Source of the DNA: Rhodosorus marinus CCMP1338
Taxonomy: Eukaryota; Plantae; Rhodophyta
DNA: 64,000 bases
Assembly (NCBI GenBank): GCA_029953675.1
Contig: JAMWBK010000003.1
Coordinates: forward strand, 3,162,001-3,226,000
Direction of reading: 5' to 3'
Within the stretch, counting starts at the first letter, position 1. Each line of letters begins with the position of its first letter. The notes under the pieces are model-generated. The model searched no databases, had not been told where the DNA came from, and worked only from the letters and a program-made list of their open reading frames with translations. A program made the translations under genes and the position numbers. Positions 59,750 to 64,000 of the stretch are shown in pieces.

Positions 59750-61600
59750 AACGGATACTGGGCACGTCTTCGAGGAAACTGGAGTGCACGTACGGCTAAA
59801 CTGGTCCGCTGGCTAGTGGCGCGAGCAATGTAGCAAGTGTGCAGGGTGCATGATCGGGAATCCTGCTTTGCTGCATCGCGAAATAGAGTGCTCGGGCATC
59901 TTAGGTTTGACAGACTCGCATTATAATGAACCGGTCCCACTTGAGACCCGGATGAGTTTGATGGCACTATCATTTCCAAAAATTCCCTGGCACACTTCGG
60001 TTTTGATCTTGGACTAGTGTGTGCACTACTGGGTAAAATTTAAGGAACCCATTTAGGAGTAATTCCCCTAGCCAAACGCTGGGCAACCGATGGGGAAGTC
60101 AATCTTCTTTCAGCCCCAATCTCTCCTGAACCACCTACGTTCTTCAATTGACGATATCTTCAGTGTCGTGGTGAAACTTCAACTTACAAGCAGATCGAGG
60201 TTGATCAACAGTGTGGATAAGCGGATCAGAACCCGATCCGCTAGCTAGCTGGAAGGCTTGTGTACAATCTATTATAGCTTTGCATCGAATGAGAACTGTA
60301 CCGATCTCCTAAGAATAGTCGATGCAACCCACGTCACCTCGAAGTGTGGGTTTATCGAAGAAACGAGCCCGCTCGCCGGGATCGATAGGACCACTCCAGC
60401 ACAACCCATACTCCCCTGCGACCCCAACCCGGGGCAGATTTTCCATGCAGACGAGTGCATAAACTCTAAACAATAATGGCACTACTAATGACCACTGCCA
60501 TGCAGTCTCTTCAGTAATCAAACGAAACTTGCCCAAATCAGGACCCGGCTGAAATCCCGTTCATGCTTTCACGACACCAACCCGAGCACAACAACTGAAA
60601 CTGCGTCGTCACAAGTGCGTCCCATCTTGTTCCCTACCTTCAACCCCAACCGCTTTTTGAGTTTATACTCTTTTTTTCACTGCATCTATAGCTTTAACAA
60701 TACTAATCTATTGCCAATATTGGACAAACGGTTGCAGTTGGTCACCGTACCAACCGCCATCGGTGCTGGGGCATCCAGGTGGGGTGACGGTTGGAGGACG
60801 ATCTCGTGCTGGTCGTGACTTGGCCTGGCCCGCCGTTCGTTGCTACCTCGCGTCTTCGTCATCTTCTGCCTGGATCCGGATGTCTCCTAGGGAATTGACA
60901 CGCCAATTCTATGGCGTGTTGCAGTGTCTTTGCTCGTAGTGCACGGACGTAGCTCTGTTGATGAGTCCGCAACCCCGCCACAAACAGCTGAGTCTGCATG
61001 AACTCGCTAAGGCACGCAGGGTCATACCTACGAAGATGATCCAATGTGGATTCAAACTCCGTGGCATACTCATTCACCGTTGCCCCTTCCCGTTGACGCA
61101 TCCTCGTCAGCTTCGTCGCCAAGTCCACGTCCGAATTGTGACCGGCGAATCGCGTTCGCAGGGCATTTTGAAACGCTGCCCACGTTGTCCGTTGTGCCAC
61201 GGCGAGGGTGCGGTACCATTCGGTAACGGTTTTTGCAAGCCCTCGAACCGCGATGAAGACGTCACTGTCCTATAATCGGCCCTCAAGCGTTCGAGCTCGC
61301 GTATGAAGGTCTCGACGTCTGAAGTTCCGTCGAAAGTCAGGGACTCAGATTTGGTAGTCGTCCCGATCGAGCTCCTTGCTGTTGTTGTAGCTGTTGCTAA
61401 TGCTGTTGTTGTTGTTGTAGTTGTTGTTGCTCCTGCAACGCTCGCACAAGCTGCTCCGTCATCCGCTGTTGTTGCTCTAGTAGTTGAGCAACCGCGGGCA
61501 TCCATGTACCCGGAGGAGGTTCGGGTTCCATTTTTCTTCAAACACCAGGTTCCAGAGGTTTCAGCCCCGGAAATCCACCAAATATTGGAAGTTTGCGTCT
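59750..61600 (-). mobile_element. Decayed, internally deleted Ty3/Gypsy LTR retrotransposon
   Basis: Gag fragments FDGTSDVETFIRELE and TWAAFQNALRTRF..MRQREGATVNEYATEF..FVAGL, then PAPMAVG; frameshifted protease-like V(L/I)DPG (~60330-60400); integrase Zn-region-like HYN..SNLR..CTLHTCYIAR..LQFPRRR (~59780-59950). RT/RNaseH and LTRs were not found. Confidence 0.8.
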
Positions 61601-62078
61601 CAGTAACCCCTTCACGAAGAGTTGCTTGATAAGTCCAAAGAATTTTTCCCCTGCCTCCATTTTACTAGGTCCTATCATACTCTACTCCGTCCTAGCCTAT
61701 TTGTACCCTCAAACTAGGTCTCTACGAATCTCTCATCTAGACTAGCTGCTATTTTTGGTACCTATCGCTGTTCTATTTTTTGGTGCGGCAGTTGGCTACA
61801 GTTACCCCGGTGTCTCCCTGGCTTACTTCGTTGTCAACCAGGCCCTGATGGTGTCGTTCTGTCTGGCTTGCAAACCGAGCGCCAACACCAACAGATTGTT
61901 GTTATTAAATTTACATTGATGTTACCGTTTTATACTGTACGCAGAATGCTCGTTGAAAATGGTGGGAAGATGATGTTGGCTGCTCCCCAGGGGAGACGGG
62001 GGGTTGGAGAGGATGCGAAAAGGTGTTAGGCGGTGGAGACGGCTTGGTAGTTTCTGGTCCACGATCGGAATCCTAAAT

Positions 62079-63355
62079 ATGGATGGTGCTCAAGGGTACT
62101 CGAAGAAGAAGACAGAGCCGCAATTGGTAGGATACTTGCTCGTTTGCGGGTGCCTTTACGATGCTCTTGTTGCTGAAGGCTGGTGTGGCCGAGAACTGTT
62201 GCAAATCCTGATACTTTTTTGAACATTTTGACATTTGTCTATTATAGGAGCTGACGCTGAGAGCTGTATTCGGTGAAGGTTCGTATGATCGAGTTTGTTC
62301 GCTGCTCAGGTATGCTTTGGTCACTTGTATCGGATTTCGTGGTGTTTATTGTTGTGAAAGCTTAATGAAAAGGACGACTCCACACGTTCATGTTGACTGT
62401 TTGTCGTCCGGACGTTTGCAGAGCAACGTGCCCGGAAGAAGGCTATTTGGAAGAATTCAAGGAATGGGAGCGAGCATACAAGCGACAGGATGACCAATCA
62501 TCCGTGTTGAGGTTTCGCGAGAACCTCCTTCGCAGTCGTGAAGGACCAGCTGCGGTGAGCACGCATCGGCGCCGGGATAGAGCTCAAAGTTAGTTGCGGG
62601 ATCCCAGCTCTTACTCGACCACACGGGTTGCCTTTGTATTGCTAGGAGGGGCAGATTCTTAAATATGTTGGGAGACCCGACAACAGAGTCCAGAATCCTT
62701 GCCAGGTAAGAAGAGCTGAGAATCTATGCGAGAAGTTAACCACTCCCCTATTGCTTAAAGGCCTCGTTCTCGTTTTTCGTCTCAGAAATGCTCAACCGTC
62801 TATGTTGCAGTCGATTCCAACCCTCTCGCACTCATCAGCGCGTTAGGATTCGTCCTTCACTTTCAGCTCATTCGTAGAGGTACTTTATTTCGTGACCTCC
62901 AACGGCCTTGGAATTTCAGCTGCTCCTGCTAATCACACACACAACTATACGGCGTTTTTTCAACAATGTCAGGTCGCCGCTTTATTACGTCTGAAGGATA
63001 CGAAATAGAAGTTTATAGAATAGAAAGAATAGTCGGAAACAATCCTGCACAATCTGTCCCCGTGCCCGGAGGAGTCGTGGAAGTCTGCAGCGTCATCACG
63101 CCAGAGAAGCAAACCGCCCCAGAGGATCTTATCGTACGCTATGCCAAAATCGGAGCCCTTCCAGTTGCCCTTGACTTGCTGAACAGGGATCTGATCTATC
63201 CTCCTACCGCTTTCGCAGAACTTTGCCAGCTTTCTTACGCCTACCGTGACCATTCCAGGGGTAAATTGACCGGAAACGTTGCGCGCTTCAATGGGGGTTT
63301 TAACCTCGCGCTGGAAAATTATCTGGTTATAACCAGTGAGGAACCATCTGGTTGA
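62079..63355 (+). CDS. MED18: Mediator subunit 18, multi-exon
   Basis: Manually spliced exons LELTLRAVF..LLRATC..EFKEWERAY..VLRFR / QILKYVGRP / VAVDSNPLALISALGFVLHFQLIRRG / RRF..IEVYRIERI..VVEVCSV align colinearly with the MED18 sequence as I recall it. Confidence 0.8.
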
Positions 63356-64000
63356 ACCGCAACTGGGATCTTCCAGATTTGCTCTCCTTGGCGCTCCGGC
63401 TTCGTGCTGGTTGAGGCGGTACCGGAAACCTTTGGGTCCCATGGAACGCTCATGTACACGAAGCCGTCAGTTTCCTGGTTCACGTTGAGCGTAAGCTCAA
63501 CCTTATCTTCACCAGAGCAGTAGGATGTGACCTCGTTGAAGCATGAGAAGTGGATATTCGAGCCAAGATATTGCGCCCTGCTCTCCGAATCCTCCATCTG
63601 ACGTACAACGAATAACCTTACACCATGCGGAGGGATCTCCACCGAGATCGGTTTGCCCTTTTGTACGGAGTAGTATTTGGATGTCCAGAATTCGACGCAG
63701 TGATATTGCCCAGACGAGGACTTCTTCGGAATCTCATCAAAGGTAACAAGCTTTTTCGAAGTCGTTCCGCTCCAGTTGAACAAGGCATAGATATAGCCCA
63801 CTCCAGTATCATTCTCAATGTGAGTGAGGACCACAGACGGGGACTGCTCTTCGAGCAACTTTGGAACAATTAAATTACCTTTGTTAGGAAACGGTGGCCA
63901 CATAATCTTCGCGATGCGGAGCCTTTCCGCTGGTACCTCCGCCAACGCGTCGGACAGCATAAACATCCCCCCAGTGAGCGTCACGACAGTAGCTATCGTA
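63319..64000 (-). CDS. Alpha-galactosidase (GH36/GH27-type) C-terminal part, continuing beyond the window
   Basis: VTLTGGMFMLSDAL..PAERL, YALFNW, HCVEFW, EIPPHGVRLF and YLGSNIHFSC resemble the tails of bacterial-type alpha-galactosidases. Confidence 0.7.
   Translation of the reverse strand, partial: TIATVVTLTGGMFMLSDALAEVPAERLRIAKIMWPPFPNKGNLIVPKLLEEQSPSVVLTHIENDTGVGYIYALFNWSGTTSKKLVTFDEIPKKSSSGQYHCVEFWTSKYYSVQKGKPISVEIPPHGVRLFVVRQMEDSESRAQYLGSNIHFSCFNEVTSYCSGEDKVELTLNVNQETDGFVYMSVPWDPKVSGTASTSTKPERQGEQIWKIPVAVQPDGSSLVITR

Noticed and set aside
61700-61900. Gypsy LTR and primer-binding site (TGGCGCTCGG on the minus strand)
   Set aside because: No second LTR copy or TG..CA ends found, and no tRNA match that I can verify.

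Overview
This is a compact, roughly 50% GC eukaryotic nuclear segment with short GT-AG introns (donors GTAAG/GTGAG, branch CTRAC). Phe-containing N-terminal plastid transit peptides (MAFAV.., MAFIS.., MSSCFV..) on thylakoid and plastoglobule genes point to a red alga (inference). Recognisable genes in order: GH13 alpha-amylase-family 3' end, XMAP215/MOR1, SWI3/SMARCC, anoctamin, APC1, VPS13, RecQ, SpoU/TrmH methyltransferase, class I aminotransferase, S9D glutamyl endopeptidase, class I HDAC, PH-domain pseudokinase, thylakoid pentapeptide-repeat protein, fibrillin, MED18, and the 3' end of an alpha-galactosidase. Intergenic DNA carries decayed Copia, putative Harbinger and Ty3/Gypsy relics and several short tandem repeats. 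I cannot demonstrate a new multi-gene system. The best leads are a cluster of RNA-like structures at 55.8-56.5 kb, a U1-snRNA-like 5' end at 37.46 kb, a SWI3 combining animal-type and plant/fungal-type domains, an organelle-targeted bacterial-type RecQ next to an intronless SpoU fusion, a catalytically dead PH-kinase and a 3-TOG XMAP215. All family assignments come from motif recognition by eye, not database searches. Exon boundaries are manual.
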